From Jiangellaceae bacterium (lineage in GTDB: Bacteria; Actinomycetota; Actinomycetes; Jiangellales; Jiangellaceae): DNA of 60,389 nt. Below, in pieces: positions 46,967 through 56,695 of the stretch; positions within the stretch are counted from its first letter, which is position 1, and every line of letters starts with the position of its first letter. The stretch spans positions 1 through 60,389 of the forward strand of contig DATHII010000038.1 of the NCBI GenBank assembly GCA_035316885.1. Direction: 5' to 3'. The notes beneath the pieces are model-generated. The model made no database searches. It was not told the DNA's origin and worked only from the letters and a program-made list of their open reading frames with translations. The translations under genes were made by a program, and so were the position numbers.

Positions 46967-47680
46967 TCAGCGAGCGTCGGCGACTCCGGTGAGGCGGCAG
47001 GCGTCGGCCCAGGCCGGCGCCGCCGGCTCGAGGTGAGCGCGGTCTGCGGGGCCTGTCCAGTCCGCGACCACATCGATCGCCTGCACGAGCATCTCGCGCA
47101 GGAGAACGTCGGGGTCGGGTACGCACGACCTCGCCATGCCATCGACGGCGCAGCGGACGGCGTGCGGGGCGGCCCGGCGCCGGAAGCCCTTGAGCCGGGT
47201 GCCGAGGTCGCCGGTGAAGCTCTTCGCCCACTCGGCCGCGTGCGGAACTCGCTCCAACGCCCGGCGGCTGTCGTCGTGGAGGCTGCCCGCAGGCAATCCG
47301 TCGAGCTCCGCCAGCACCCGCTCGCACACGAGAACCGACACCGCCATCACACGCTGGCGCTCGGCAGCCACGACCGGCAGTGCCAGCGTCGCGGAGCGAA
47401 GAGCGATCAGCGCGTCGACGTGCGGGTCGTCGCTGGTCAACCCGATCACCGAGGGGATCAACCCGGCGAGCCTCGGCCGGCCGTCGTCCGAGGTGTAGTC
47501 GTTGACCAGCCGCGCGACACCGGCCAGCAGCGGGTGGGTGCAGTCGGGATGGTCGCTCCAACGCTCCCCGGCCAGGTAGGACGCCAGCTCCATGAAGCAC
47601 GCGCCCTTGCGCGGACTGCGGTGCTTACCCCGCGACAGCATCGGGAGCAGCTCGGGCACGTTGTTCGCGTCGGTCGACAT
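46967..47680 (-). CDS. Conserved hypothetical protein
   Basis: ORF 46967-47680. LSRGKHRSPRKGACFMELASYLAGERWSDHPDCTHPLL is an N-terminus I recognise as recurrent in actinomycete hypothetical proteins. Function unknown. Confidence 0.7.
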   Translation of the reverse strand: MSTDANNVPELLPMLSRGKHRSPRKGACFMELASYLAGERWSDHPDCTHPLLAGVARLVNDYTSDDGRPRLAGLIPSVIGLTSDDPHVDALIALRSATLALPVVAAERQRVMAVSVLVCERVLAELDGLPAGSLHDDSRRALERVPHAAEWAKSFTGDLGTRLKGFRRRAAPHAVRCAVDGMARSCVPDPDVLLREMLVQAIDVVADWTGPADRAHLEPAAPAWADACRLTGVADAR

Positions 47681-47851
47681 GACACGTCTCCCCAGGATCG
47701 CCAGACCTGATGCGACCTAGTCTGCGCTCTGACCGGCGTCCACGCCACTGTGCTCGGGACACCCGCCTCTGCGCGGGTCGGTGCCCGGCCGCCCCGCCGC
47801 CGCGGGCCAGAATGGGATCGACCCCGAATCGTCGTGAGGAGCACCACCGCG

Positions 47852-50308
47852 ATGGCCCGCCGGACGACCAGGAACCCGCCGCCCGAAGACGTCGAGGAGA
47901 CAATCCTCGACGTCGACGTCACCGAGGAGATGCGCGGCAGCTTTCTCGAGTACGCCTACTCGGTCATCTACTCCCGCGCCATCCCCGACGCCCGCGACGG
48001 CCTCAAGCCGGTACAGCGGCGGATCCTGTTCCAGATGAACGAGATGGGCCTGCGCCCGGATCGTCCACATGTCAAGTGTGGGCGCGTGGTCGGCGACGTC
48101 ATGGGCAAGCTCCACCCGCACGGCGACGGCGCCATATACGACACGCTCGTACGGATGGCGCAGCCGTGGGCGATGCGGGTCCCACTGGTCGACGGCCATG
48201 GAAATTTTGGATCCATGGACGACGGTCCAGCGGCATACAGGTACACCGAATGCCGGATGGCGGACCCGGCAACGCTGCTCACCGGGTCGCTTGACGAGGA
48301 CGTCGCCGACATGGTGCCCAACTACGACGGCACCTACGAGCAGCCCGAGGTGCTGCCTGCGGCCTTCCCGAACCTGCTGGTCAACGGGGCCAGCGGGATC
48401 GCCGTCGGCATGGCGACCAACATGCCGCCGCACAACCTCGGCGAGGTCGTGGAGGCAGCACGGCACCTGCTCGCCCATCCCGACGCCACCCTCGACGACC
48501 TCATGCGGTTCGTTCCCGGGCCCGACCTGCCCACCGGCGGCCGGATTGTGGGGCTGGACGGTGTCCGCGAGGCGTACGAGACCGGGCGCGGCTCGTTCCG
48601 CACGCGGGCTGCGGCGCGGATCGAGAACATCACCGCCCGGCGTCAGGGCATCGTGATCACCGAGCTGCCGTACGCGGTCGGACCCGAACGGGTCCGCGAG
48701 CGGATTGCCGACCTCGTACGTGGCAAGAAGCTCCTGGGCGTCAACGACGTCGAGGACTACACCGACCGGAACACCGGCCTACGCCTCGTTGTCGAGCTCA
48801 AGAGCGGATTCGTCCCGGAGGCCGTCCTCGAGCAGCTCTACAAGCTCACGCCGCTCGAGGACTCGTTCTCGATCAACAACGTCGCCCTGGTCGACGGCCA
48901 ACCCCGGACGATGGGCCTCAAAGCGCTCCTCGAGGTCTTCGTGGCGCACCGCCTGGAAGTGGTGCGTCGCCGGTCGGAGTACCGCCGGAGGAAGCACCGG
49001 GACCGCCTGCACCTGGTCGAGGGTCTGCTGGTCGCACTTCTCGACATCGACGAGGTCATCCAGGTCATCAGGTCCTCCGACGACGCGACGGTCGCGCGCG
49101 ACCGCCTGATGTCAGTATTCGATCTGTCCGAGGTGCAGGCCCGGTACATCCTCGACACCCCGCTGCGCAGGCTGACCAAGTTCGACCGGCTCGAGCTCGA
49201 GCACGAGGACGAAACGCTGCGACGCACGATCGCTGAGCTGACCGCGATCCTCGACGACCCGGCCGCGATGCGCCTGTTGGTTTCCGACGAGCTCGCCGAG
49301 GTAGCCGCGGCCCACGCCACACCTCGCCGCACGGTCCTGCTGGAGTCGGCCGGGCAGCCCGCCGTGGCCGTAACGACCGCACTCGAGGTGACCGACGATC
49401 CGTGTCACGTCCTGCTGTCGTCCACCGGGCTGCTGGCGCGCACGACATCGGACGATCCGTTGCCGGAAAGCGGCAAGCGGGCCAAACACGACGTCGTGGT
49501 TTCGTCCGTCGGTACGACCGCGCGTGGCGACATCGGAGTGGTCACGAGCGCCGGGCGGCTGGTGCGACTGCCCGTACTCGACCTCCCGGCGCTTCCTCCG
49601 ACGGCGCAGGCGCCGACATTGGCCGGTGGGGCTCCGCTCACCGAGTTCCTCGAGCTCGGCCGCGACGAAAAGGTGCTGTGCCTCACCTCACTCGACGACG
49701 GCTCCCCCGGCCTCGCACTCGGCACCGAGCGGGGCGTCGTCAAGCGCGTCGTCCCCGACCACCGCGCCAACAAGGACGGCTGGGAGGTCGTCCGCCTCGA
49801 CGAGGGCGACCGGATCGTTGGTGCGGTCGAGCTTCGGACCGGTGACGAGGACCTGGTGTTCGTGACCTCCGACGCCCAGCTGCTGCGATTCGCAGCGGCG
49901 TCAGTCCGGCCCCAGGGCCGCGCGGGCGGCGGCATCGCCGGTGTGCGGCTTGCCGCGGGTGCCCGGGTGGTCCACTTCGGCGCGGTCGACGCCGGGCGCG
50001 ACGCGGTCGTCGTGACGGTTGCCGGTTCGTCTGCTGCCCTTCCCGGAACCCAGCCCGGCACGGTCAAGGTCGCCCCCTACGAGGACTACCCGGCCAAGGG
50101 TCGGGCCACCGGTGGTGTGCGCTGCCACCGGTTCCTGCGCGGCGAGGACACCCTGCTGCTGGCGTGGGCAGGTGCGTCACCGCCGATGGCCGCCGCCGGG
50201 AGCGGGGTTCCGATAGCGCTGCCCGAACCCACCGGACGGCGCGCCGGCTCCGGCACACCGGCTCCGCAGGCCATCGCCGCAGTCAGCGGGCCGCCGGGTC
50301 AACGGTGA
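47852..50308 (+). CDS. parC: DNA topoisomerase IV subunit A
   Basis: Part of ORF 47750-50308. ATG at 47852 follows GTGAGGAG. Motifs: FLEYAYSVIYSRAIPDARDGLKPVQRRILF, HPHGDGAIYDTLVRMAQPW, and AAYRYTECRM with the catalytic Tyr. Confidence 0.9.
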   Translation: MARRTTRNPPPEDVEETILDVDVTEEMRGSFLEYAYSVIYSRAIPDARDGLKPVQRRILFQMNEMGLRPDRPHVKCGRVVGDVMGKLHPHGDGAIYDTLVRMAQPWAMRVPLVDGHGNFGSMDDGPAAYRYTECRMADPATLLTGSLDEDVADMVPNYDGTYEQPEVLPAAFPNLLVNGASGIAVGMATNMPPHNLGEVVEAARHLLAHPDATLDDLMRFVPGPDLPTGGRIVGLDGVREAYETGRGSFRTRAAARIENITARRQGIVITELPYAVGPERVRERIADLVRGKKLLGVNDVEDYTDRNTGLRLVVELKSGFVPEAVLEQLYKLTPLEDSFSINNVALVDGQPRTMGLKALLEVFVAHRLEVVRRRSEYRRRKHRDRLHLVEGLLVALLDIDEVIQVIRSSDDATVARDRLMSVFDLSEVQARYILDTPLRRLTKFDRLELEHEDETLRRTIAELTAILDDPAAMRLLVSDELAEVAAAHATPRRTVLLESAGQPAVAVTTALEVTDDPCHVLLSSTGLLARTTSDDPLPESGKRAKHDVVVSSVGTTARGDIGVVTSAGRLVRLPVLDLPALPPTAQAPTLAGGAPLTEFLELGRDEKVLCLTSLDDGSPGLALGTERGVVKRVVPDHRANKDGWEVVRLDEGDRIVGAVELRTGDEDLVFVTSDAQLLRFAAASVRPQGRAGGGIAGVRLAAGARVVHFGAVDAGRDAVVVTVAGSSAALPGTQPGTVKVAPYEDYPAKGRATGGVRCHRFLRGEDTLLLAWAGASPPMAAAGSGVPIALPEPTGRRAGSGTPAPQAIAAVSGPPGQR

Positions 50309-50318
50309 GCGATGCGCG

Positions 50319-50783
50319 TCACGTGCTGAAGTAGTCCGCCATCCGACGTTCCATCTCTTCCGGGCTGACGTCCTCGACGTGTTGAGCCAATCCCCACTGG
50401 TGGCCGAAGGGGTCCTCGATGCGCCCCCCTTTGTCACCATAGAACTGGAGCTCCAGCGGGAAGATCTCCTTGGCCCCGGCGGCGATGGCTCGCTCCCACA
50501 TGGCATCGACGTCGTCGGTGTAGATGAACATCACCACCGTCGTTGCCCCAGCCGAATGCGGCGACCGGGTCGGTGAATCGGGGGACTCGTCGGCGAGCAT
50601 GACGATGGTGTCACCGATCTTGATCTCGGCATGAGCCACCCGGCCGTCGGGATCGGTCATCGGAGGACCGGTCTCTACGGCTGCGAAGGCGTGCACATAG
50701 AACTTGATGGCATCAGCGCACGGGCTGACTATCAGCGAAGCCGTCACCGAACCGTACTGTTCGGGCACTGGATCGACAGGCAC
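50319..50783 (-). CDS. VOC (glyoxalase/bleomycin-resistance) family protein, PhnB-like
   Basis: ORF 50319-50783. Motifs: HAEIKIGDTIVMLADE and GRIEDPFGHQWGL. Confidence 0.85.
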   Translation of the reverse strand: MPVDPVPEQYGSVTASLIVSPCADAIKFYVHAFAAVETGPPMTDPDGRVAHAEIKIGDTIVMLADESPDSPTRSPHSAGATTVVMFIYTDDVDAMWERAIAAGAKEIFPLELQFYGDKGGRIEDPFGHQWGLAQHVEDVSPEEMERRMADYFST

Positions 50784-50808
50784 GATTGGCCCTCCTCATC
50801 TATCGTCG

Positions 50809-51696
50809 TCATTCCCCGAAGCTATTGCCGTCTGGCTCTTCGGGCTTGTAGGCGTTGACCGTGAACACACCACCTTGCGGATCGCTCAGCACTGCAGTCC
50901 TGACCGGACCTGCCTCGAACGGCGGCGTCAAGACCCTGCCGCCGAGCTCAGTCGCCGTGGCCGCAACACCATCGGTGTCGGCGACCGAAAAGGTCACGCT
51001 CCAGTGCGACGGGACGTCGTCAGCTGACTGGTCCCTCGTCATCGGCTGCATCCAGCCGATGCAGTCCGAGAAGCCGGGTGGCGCGCCGTGCTCGGCATGC
51101 CGGCGCCGCACGTCGGGATCGAACCGTTCGAGGAAGTCGGCGTATCCCGGGAGCCGCACCATGGTCGACTCGCCGAATCCCATGTCCAGCGTGTCGGTTT
51201 CCCAACCAAACACCGACCCGTAGAAGGCCTTCGCGCCATCGAGGTCACGGGTGCTGAGGTCGCTCCAGTTCCACGCGCCGGGTTCGTTGACCGCCTCGGC
51301 GCCCCGGTGAGTTCCCGCCTGCCACAGGTAGAACACCGCGCCGGACGGGTCGGCACAAGCCGCCGTCCGCCCGGCGTCGTCGACGTCGAACGGCTCGGTG
51401 ACCACGCGACCTCCGGCGTCCTTGACACGTGCGGCTGTGTCTTCGGCGTTGTCGACCCAGACGTAGGTGTTCCAGACCGGTGCGGGCGACGCGGCCTCCG
51501 GCTGGGACGAGACGGCGGCGACATCGCGTCCGCCAAGCCGGGCGACGAAGTATCGACCCGGCGCGTCGGCCGGCATGCGATCCTCGAACTGCCACCCGAA
51601 CACACCACCGTAGAAGTCCACCGCGGCCTCCGGGTCGGGCTGCATGGCGTCGACCCAGCACGGGACGCCGGGCGGGTACCCAAATCGCTTGAACAC
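50809..51696 (-). CDS. Two-domain VOC family protein
   Basis: ORF 50809-51714. GTG at 51696 lies about 10 nt after GAGGAGG. It has duplicated FYGGVFGWQFE / FYGSVFGWETD modules. Confidence 0.85.
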   Translation of the reverse strand: MFKRFGYPPGVPCWVDAMQPDPEAAVDFYGGVFGWQFEDRMPADAPGRYFVARLGGRDVAAVSSQPEAASPAPVWNTYVWVDNAEDTAARVKDAGGRVVTEPFDVDDAGRTAACADPSGAVFYLWQAGTHRGAEAVNEPGAWNWSDLSTRDLDGAKAFYGSVFGWETDTLDMGFGESTMVRLPGYADFLERFDPDVRRRHAEHGAPPGFSDCIGWMQPMTRDQSADDVPSHWSVTFSVADTDGVAATATELGGRVLTPPFEAGPVRTAVLSDPQGGVFTVNAYKPEEPDGNSFGE

Positions 51697-51915
51697 GTGC
51701 CTTCGCCTCCTCAAGACGTACGCGAACCGTATCGATTCGCACCGTCAAGGTCCCTCCGGGCGGGCGGATGGGTCGGGCACGCATGGGAGAGCGTCGCCTG
51801 GCAGGCTGCGACCCATGTGCACGAATCCAGGTCGCGCCGGCGCAGCTCCTGGCGGTGCGCCGAGCGTGAGCGCCGTCGTCGCGGCGGCGCTGCACGGACC
51901 GCGGGCGAAGCCCGC

Positions 51916-52836
51916 GTGAGCGCGTGCTCCGAGCTCAGCCGGCTGCTCGACGAGCCCATGGTGGGGACGGCTCCGGTTGCCGCAACGTGGATCGTGCTGG
52001 AACAGCCGGGACCCTGGGGACGCGACGCGCTCATCGAGTCGCATCTCGATCCGGTGCTCGGCGCCGCCCTCGCGACGGCGTCGAGCGCCCACGGTGCTCG
52101 GGTTGCGCTCGTGCGCAGGCCAGGACGGCACCCGGATCTCGGCAACCGGTCCCGTCGGGTCTGGATTGCCTCCACCCGTCCCGGACGAACGTGGCTACTG
52201 GGCGGATCCGTCGACGACGTCGCCGACCTCGGAGCGCTTTCCTGGAGTGGCGTCGACGCCGGCGACCGCTCGCTGGTGCAGGCGTCGCTGCCGGTCCTGC
52301 GGCCCGAGGCCGAGCCGTTGCTTCTCGTCTGCACCAACGCCCGCCGTGACGTCTGCTGCGCCAACTTCGGCCGGCCTCTTGTCGCCGCACTCCGTGAGCC
52401 GTTGGCAGGTCGCGTGTGGGAGACCACACACCTCGGCGGCCATCGGTTCGCCCCGACGGCCGCTCTGCTCCCCCACGGCGTCGTGTACGGGCGGCTCGAT
52501 CCCACTGACGCCCTGGAGGTGTACACACAGTCCCGGGAAGGGCGCCAGGTCGGCCGCAGCTATCGCGGCCGCAGCACCTTCGACCGGCCGGGTCAGGCCG
52601 CCGAGGCCGCCGTGCGTGAACACAGCGGTGTCGACGGGCTGGACGACCTCGACGTCGCATCGGTGACCGAGCACGAGGACGGTTCGTGGCAGGTCGTCGT
52701 CGGGCACCGCGATGGTCGTCGGTTCGCCGTCGCCGTCAGATCCCTTCCGCTGGAACCACCACGGCCGGAATCGTGCCGCAAGGCGGTCGTCCGGCCCCTG
52801 GCTTATTTCGCCGACACGCCTGTCCGGCATGAGTGA
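51916..52836 (+). CDS. Sucrase/ferredoxin-like (thioredoxin-like 2Fe-2S) family protein
   Basis: Part of ORF 51088-52836, GTG at 51916. Motifs: WIVLEQPGPWG, LLVCTNARRDVCCANFGRP, HLGGHRFAP. Confidence 0.8.
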   Translation: MSACSELSRLLDEPMVGTAPVAATWIVLEQPGPWGRDALIESHLDPVLGAALATASSAHGARVALVRRPGRHPDLGNRSRRVWIASTRPGRTWLLGGSVDDVADLGALSWSGVDAGDRSLVQASLPVLRPEAEPLLLVCTNARRDVCCANFGRPLVAALREPLAGRVWETTHLGGHRFAPTAALLPHGVVYGRLDPTDALEVYTQSREGRQVGRSYRGRSTFDRPGQAAEAAVREHSGVDGLDDLDVASVTEHEDGSWQVVVGHRDGRRFAVAVRSLPLEPPRPESCRKAVVRPLAYFADTPVRHE

Positions 52837-52874
52837 CATGGCCACCCGCACCGAGATCGGCAAGACTGCGCGGC

Positions 52875-53915
52875 ATGACCTCGACGTACGTCGCCGCTGA
52901 CGGCCGTTACGACCAGATGACCTATCGCCGGGTGGGACGCAGCGGCCTTCAGCTGCCGGCCGTGTCGCTCGGCCTGTGGCACAACTTCGGCGACACGACT
53001 CCGATCGCCACCCAGCGGGCCATCCTGCGCCGGGCGTTCGACCTCGGCGTCACCCATTTCGATCTCGCGAACAACTACGGCCCGCCCTACGGATTCGCTG
53101 AGACGAACTTCGGGCGGATCTTCGCCGAGGACTTCGCTCCCTACCGCGACGAGCTCGTGATCTCGACGAAGGCCGGCTACGACATGTGGCCCGGGCCGTA
53201 CGGGGAGTGGGGCTCGCGCAAGTACCTGCTGGCCAGCCTCGACCGGTCGCTCGACCGGATGGGCCTGGAGTACGTCGACATCTTCTACAGCCACCGCTTC
53301 GATCCCGACACGCCGCTCCAGGAGACGATGGGAGCGCTGGACACCGCCGTGCGCTCCGGGCGGGCGCTCTACGCCGGCATCTCCTCCTACTCGGCGGAGC
53401 GGACGGCCGAGGCGGCGGCGATCCTGCGCGGTCTGGGCACGCCGCTGCTGATCCACCAGCCGTCGTACTCACTGCTCAACCGATGGGTCGAGGACGGCGA
53501 GCCTAACGTGCTCGAGACCCTCGAGGCCGAAGGTGTCGGCTGCATCGCCTTCTCCCCGCTGGCGCAGGGCATGCTGACGGATCGTTACCTCGACGGGATA
53601 CCCGCCGACTCACGGGCTGCCCAGAACACTTCGCTGTCGCCGGACCTGCTCACCGCGGAGGCACTGCGCCACATCCGCGCGCTGAACGTGATGGCAGCCG
53701 AGCGCGGCCAGAGCCTGGCGCAGATGGCGTTGGCCTGGGTGCTGCGCGACGAGCGGGTCACCTCCGCTCTGATCGGCGCCAGCAGCGTCCAGCAGCTGGA
53801 GGCCAACATTGCCGCCCTCGACAACCTCGGCTTCACCGACGACGAGCGGGCAGCGATCGACCGCGACGCGGTCGACGCGGGAATCAACCTGTGGGTGAGA
53901 TCCAGCGAGGGATGA
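52875..53915 (+). CDS. Aldo/keto reductase (YghZ/L-glyceraldehyde-3-phosphate reductase-like)
   Basis: Part of ORF 52833-53915, ATG at 52875. Motifs: MTYRRVGRSGLQLPAVSLGLWHNFG, THFDLANNYG, YVDIFYSHRFD, AFSPLAQGMLT. Confidence 0.92.
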   Translation: MTSTYVAADGRYDQMTYRRVGRSGLQLPAVSLGLWHNFGDTTPIATQRAILRRAFDLGVTHFDLANNYGPPYGFAETNFGRIFAEDFAPYRDELVISTKAGYDMWPGPYGEWGSRKYLLASLDRSLDRMGLEYVDIFYSHRFDPDTPLQETMGALDTAVRSGRALYAGISSYSAERTAEAAAILRGLGTPLLIHQPSYSLLNRWVEDGEPNVLETLEAEGVGCIAFSPLAQGMLTDRYLDGIPADSRAAQNTSLSPDLLTAEALRHIRALNVMAAERGQSLAQMALAWVLRDERVTSALIGASSVQQLEANIAALDNLGFTDDERAAIDRDAVDAGINLWVRSSEG

Positions 53916-54024
53916 CAAGCACTCGGCCTGCTGGGTCCGGGCCCGGCATCGTCGCGTCGTGCTCTACCGATGCAGCGAAGAGGTCAGGCGCTGCTCGGGG
54001 AGCCTGCGACGGCGTCGTGACGCC

Positions 54025-56178
54025 CTATGCGTCGATGCGGGCGCGGTCGAGTTCGGCCGCGCCCGCGACGATGAAGTCCTTGCGTGGGGCGACGTCGTTG
54101 CCCATGAGCAGCTCGAAGACCGCGTCGGTCGCCTCGCCCTCAGTGGCGGTGATCCGCCGCAACCGCCGGGACCGCGGGTCCATGGTGGTCTCGGCGAGCT
54201 GGTCGGGATCCATCTCGCCCAGGCCCTTGTAGCGCTGCGGCGGCTGCTTGTACCGCACCAGCTTGCGATCGAGCTCGCGCAGCGTGCGCTGGAGCTCGGC
54301 GTCGGTGTAGGTGTAGACGTAGCGGTCCTTGCCCTTGCGCGGGTTGGCCAGCTCGACCCGGTGTAGTGGCGGCATCGCGGCGAACAGCCGGCCGGCCTCG
54401 ACCAGTGGACGCATGTAGCGGAAGAACAACGTGATCAACAAGGTGCGGATGTGGGCGCCGTCGACGTCGGCATCGCTCATGAGAATGATTCGCCCGTAAC
54501 GGGCCTGGTCGAGTTGGAAGCTACGGCCGCTGCCAGCACCGAGGACCTGGATGATGGCCGCGCACTCGGCGTTCTTGAGCATGTCGCCGACGGATGCCTT
54601 CTGGACGTTGAGGATCTTGCCGCGAATCGGCAGCAGCGCCTGGTACTCGGCATCGCGGGCGGCCTTGCCCGTGCCGAGTGCGGAGTCGCCCTCGACGATG
54701 AACAGCTCGGAACGGTCCAGCGCCCCCGACCGGCAGTCGACCAGTTTGGTAGGCAACGCGCTGGTCTCGAGCGCGTTCTTGCGACGGACCGTCTCCTTGT
54801 GCAGGCGGGCCGCGGCGCGTGCCTTTGCAGCGCCGACGACCTTCTCGAGCACGGCTGCGGCCTGGGCCTTGTCGGCCCGCTTACTGCTGGTGAGGCGGGC
54901 GGCGAGCTGGCGCTCGACGATGCGGGCGACGATCCCGCGCACCGAGCTGGTGCCGAGGACCTCCTTGGTCTGGCCCTCGAACTGGGGCTCGGCCAGCCGC
55001 ACAGTGACCACAGCGGTCAGCCCTTCCAAGACGTCGTCCTTCTCGATCTTGTCGTCGCCGGCCTTGAGCCGGCGGGCGTTCACCCGGACCTGGTCGCGCA
55101 GCGTTTTGAGCAGCCCCTGCTCGAAACCGGCGAGGTGGGTGCCCCCTTTTGGCGTGGCGATGACGTTGACGAACGAGCGCACCTCGGTGTCGTACTCGAC
55201 CCCCCATCGCACGGCGATGTCGACCTCACAGTGGCGGTCGACGTTGCGCGGCGTCATGTGCCCGGCGTCGTCGAGCACCGGCACGGTCTCGGTGAACGAC
55301 TCGGTTCCGTGCAGTCGCAGGGCGTCGCTGACTGCGGTGTCTGTGGCGAGGAAGTCGACGAACTCGGTGATGCCGCCTTCGTGGCGGAACCGCCGCTCGG
55401 ACGGCTCGGACCCGGCGTCGAGACGCCGCTGGTCACGCAGCACCAGTTCGAGCCCGGGGACCAGGTAGGACGTCTGCCGGACCCGGGTCACGAGCTCGTC
55501 GAAGGCGTACGCGGCGCCGCGCAGGAAGATCTGCGGGTCCGCCCAGAACCGAATCCTGGTGCCGGTGGCGGCCTTGCGGACCTTGCCGGTGATGCGCAAC
55601 TCGGAGTGGTCGGTGAAGGGCGCGAATGCGGCATCGGGCCCGGCTGCGTCGAAGACCCCGGGTTCGCCACGGCGGAACGACATCGCGTGGGTGCGGCCGT
55701 CGCGGTCGACCTCGACGTCGAGACGGGCGGAGAGCGCGTTGACGACGCTGGCGCCCACGCCATGCAGTCCTCCGGAGGCGGCGTACGAGCCACCGCCGAA
55801 CTTGCCGCCGGCGTGGAGCTTGGTGAACACCACCTCGACGCCGGACAGACCCGAGCGCTGATGGACGTCGACCGGGATGCCGCGGCCGTCGTCACGGACC
55901 TCGACCGATCCGTCGGCGTGCAGCGTGACCTCGATCGTGGAGCAGTGACCGGCCAGCGCCTCGTCGACACCGTTGTCGATGATCTCCCACAGGCAGTGCA
56001 TGAGACCCCGGGAGTCGGTGGAGCCGATGTACATACCCGGTCGCTTGCGGACAGCCTCGAGGCCCTCGAGCACGGATAGGTGCCGTGCCGTGTAGGCAGC
56101 CCCGCGCGGCGCCGCGGACTTCCGCGACGACCTCGGGTGCGGCGTACCGAGCGGCAGCTCGGCAGGCTCTGCGGACAC
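54025..56178 (-). CDS. parE: DNA topoisomerase IV subunit B
   Basis: Part of ORF 54025-56430, GTG at 56178. Motifs: LEGLEAVRKRPGMYIGS, EIIDNGVDEA, GGLHGVGASVVNALS, FIVEGDSALG (Toprim), QRYKGLGEM. Confidence 0.92.
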   Translation of the reverse strand: MSAEPAELPLGTPHPRSSRKSAAPRGAAYTARHLSVLEGLEAVRKRPGMYIGSTDSRGLMHCLWEIIDNGVDEALAGHCSTIEVTLHADGSVEVRDDGRGIPVDVHQRSGLSGVEVVFTKLHAGGKFGGGSYAASGGLHGVGASVVNALSARLDVEVDRDGRTHAMSFRRGEPGVFDAAGPDAAFAPFTDHSELRITGKVRKAATGTRIRFWADPQIFLRGAAYAFDELVTRVRQTSYLVPGLELVLRDQRRLDAGSEPSERRFRHEGGITEFVDFLATDTAVSDALRLHGTESFTETVPVLDDAGHMTPRNVDRHCEVDIAVRWGVEYDTEVRSFVNVIATPKGGTHLAGFEQGLLKTLRDQVRVNARRLKAGDDKIEKDDVLEGLTAVVTVRLAEPQFEGQTKEVLGTSSVRGIVARIVERQLAARLTSSKRADKAQAAAVLEKVVGAAKARAAARLHKETVRRKNALETSALPTKLVDCRSGALDRSELFIVEGDSALGTGKAARDAEYQALLPIRGKILNVQKASVGDMLKNAECAAIIQVLGAGSGRSFQLDQARYGRIILMSDADVDGAHIRTLLITLFFRYMRPLVEAGRLFAAMPPLHRVELANPRKGKDRYVYTYTDAELQRTLRELDRKLVRYKQPPQRYKGLGEMDPDQLAETTMDPRSRRLRRITATEGEATDAVFELLMGNDVAPRKDFIVAGAAELDRARIDA

Positions 56179-56401
56179 GGTCGGGGTTCTCCTGTCGGGT
56201 TGGGCCGCGTCGCTTGCCGCGGCGCTGCCAGCGTAGTCGGCGCCAGGGAGGTGCCCATCGCGCCGCGCCGCCGCGCTGTGGACAGGTGTGATGCATCTCG
56301 CTTCGCTGAGAGCGAAGCGCCTGTGAACGACGCCTCCGGAACAGGGCCGGTCTGTTTTCATGTTGTACGAGATGACCGACCGATCGCCGGGAAGGAGCAC
56401 C

Positions 56402-56626
56402 GTGACCACTGCCGTCGTCAGCCCACTCAAGGCCGTCGACCGCTGCGACAGCTGCGGCGCTCAGGCATACATCCGCGTCGTCCTGGCCGGAGGCAGCGAC
56501 CTGCTGTTCTGCGGCCACCACGGGCGGCGCCACGAGGCCAAACTCCGTCCGCTCGCCGCCGAATGGCACGACGAGACCGACCGCCTGATGGACATATCGG
56601 CCACTGCACCGGCCGACGAGCGCTGA
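56402..56626 (+). CDS. Small Cys/His zinc-ribbon-like protein (DUF7455-like)
   Basis: Part of ORF 56360-56626. GTG at 56402 lies 5 nt after GGAAGGAG. VDRCDSCGAQAYIRV...LLFCGHHGRRH. Confidence 0.7.
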   Translation: MTTAVVSPLKAVDRCDSCGAQAYIRVVLAGGSDLLFCGHHGRRHEAKLRPLAAEWHDETDRLMDISATAPADER

Positions 56627-56643
56627 ATCTGATCACACGACAC

Positions 56644-56682
56644 GGCGAAGGGCCCCGGCCACCTTGGTCGGGGCCCTTCGCC
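56644..56682 (+). terminator. GC-rich hairpin, likely intrinsic terminator
   Basis: GGCGAAGGGCCCCG (56644-56657) pairs perfectly with CGGGGCCCTTCGCC (56669-56682). It lies 18 nt after the stop of the small Cys/His gene. There is no U-tract, as is common in actinobacteria. Confidence 0.5.
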
Positions 56683-56695
56683 GATTCCTGGCACG

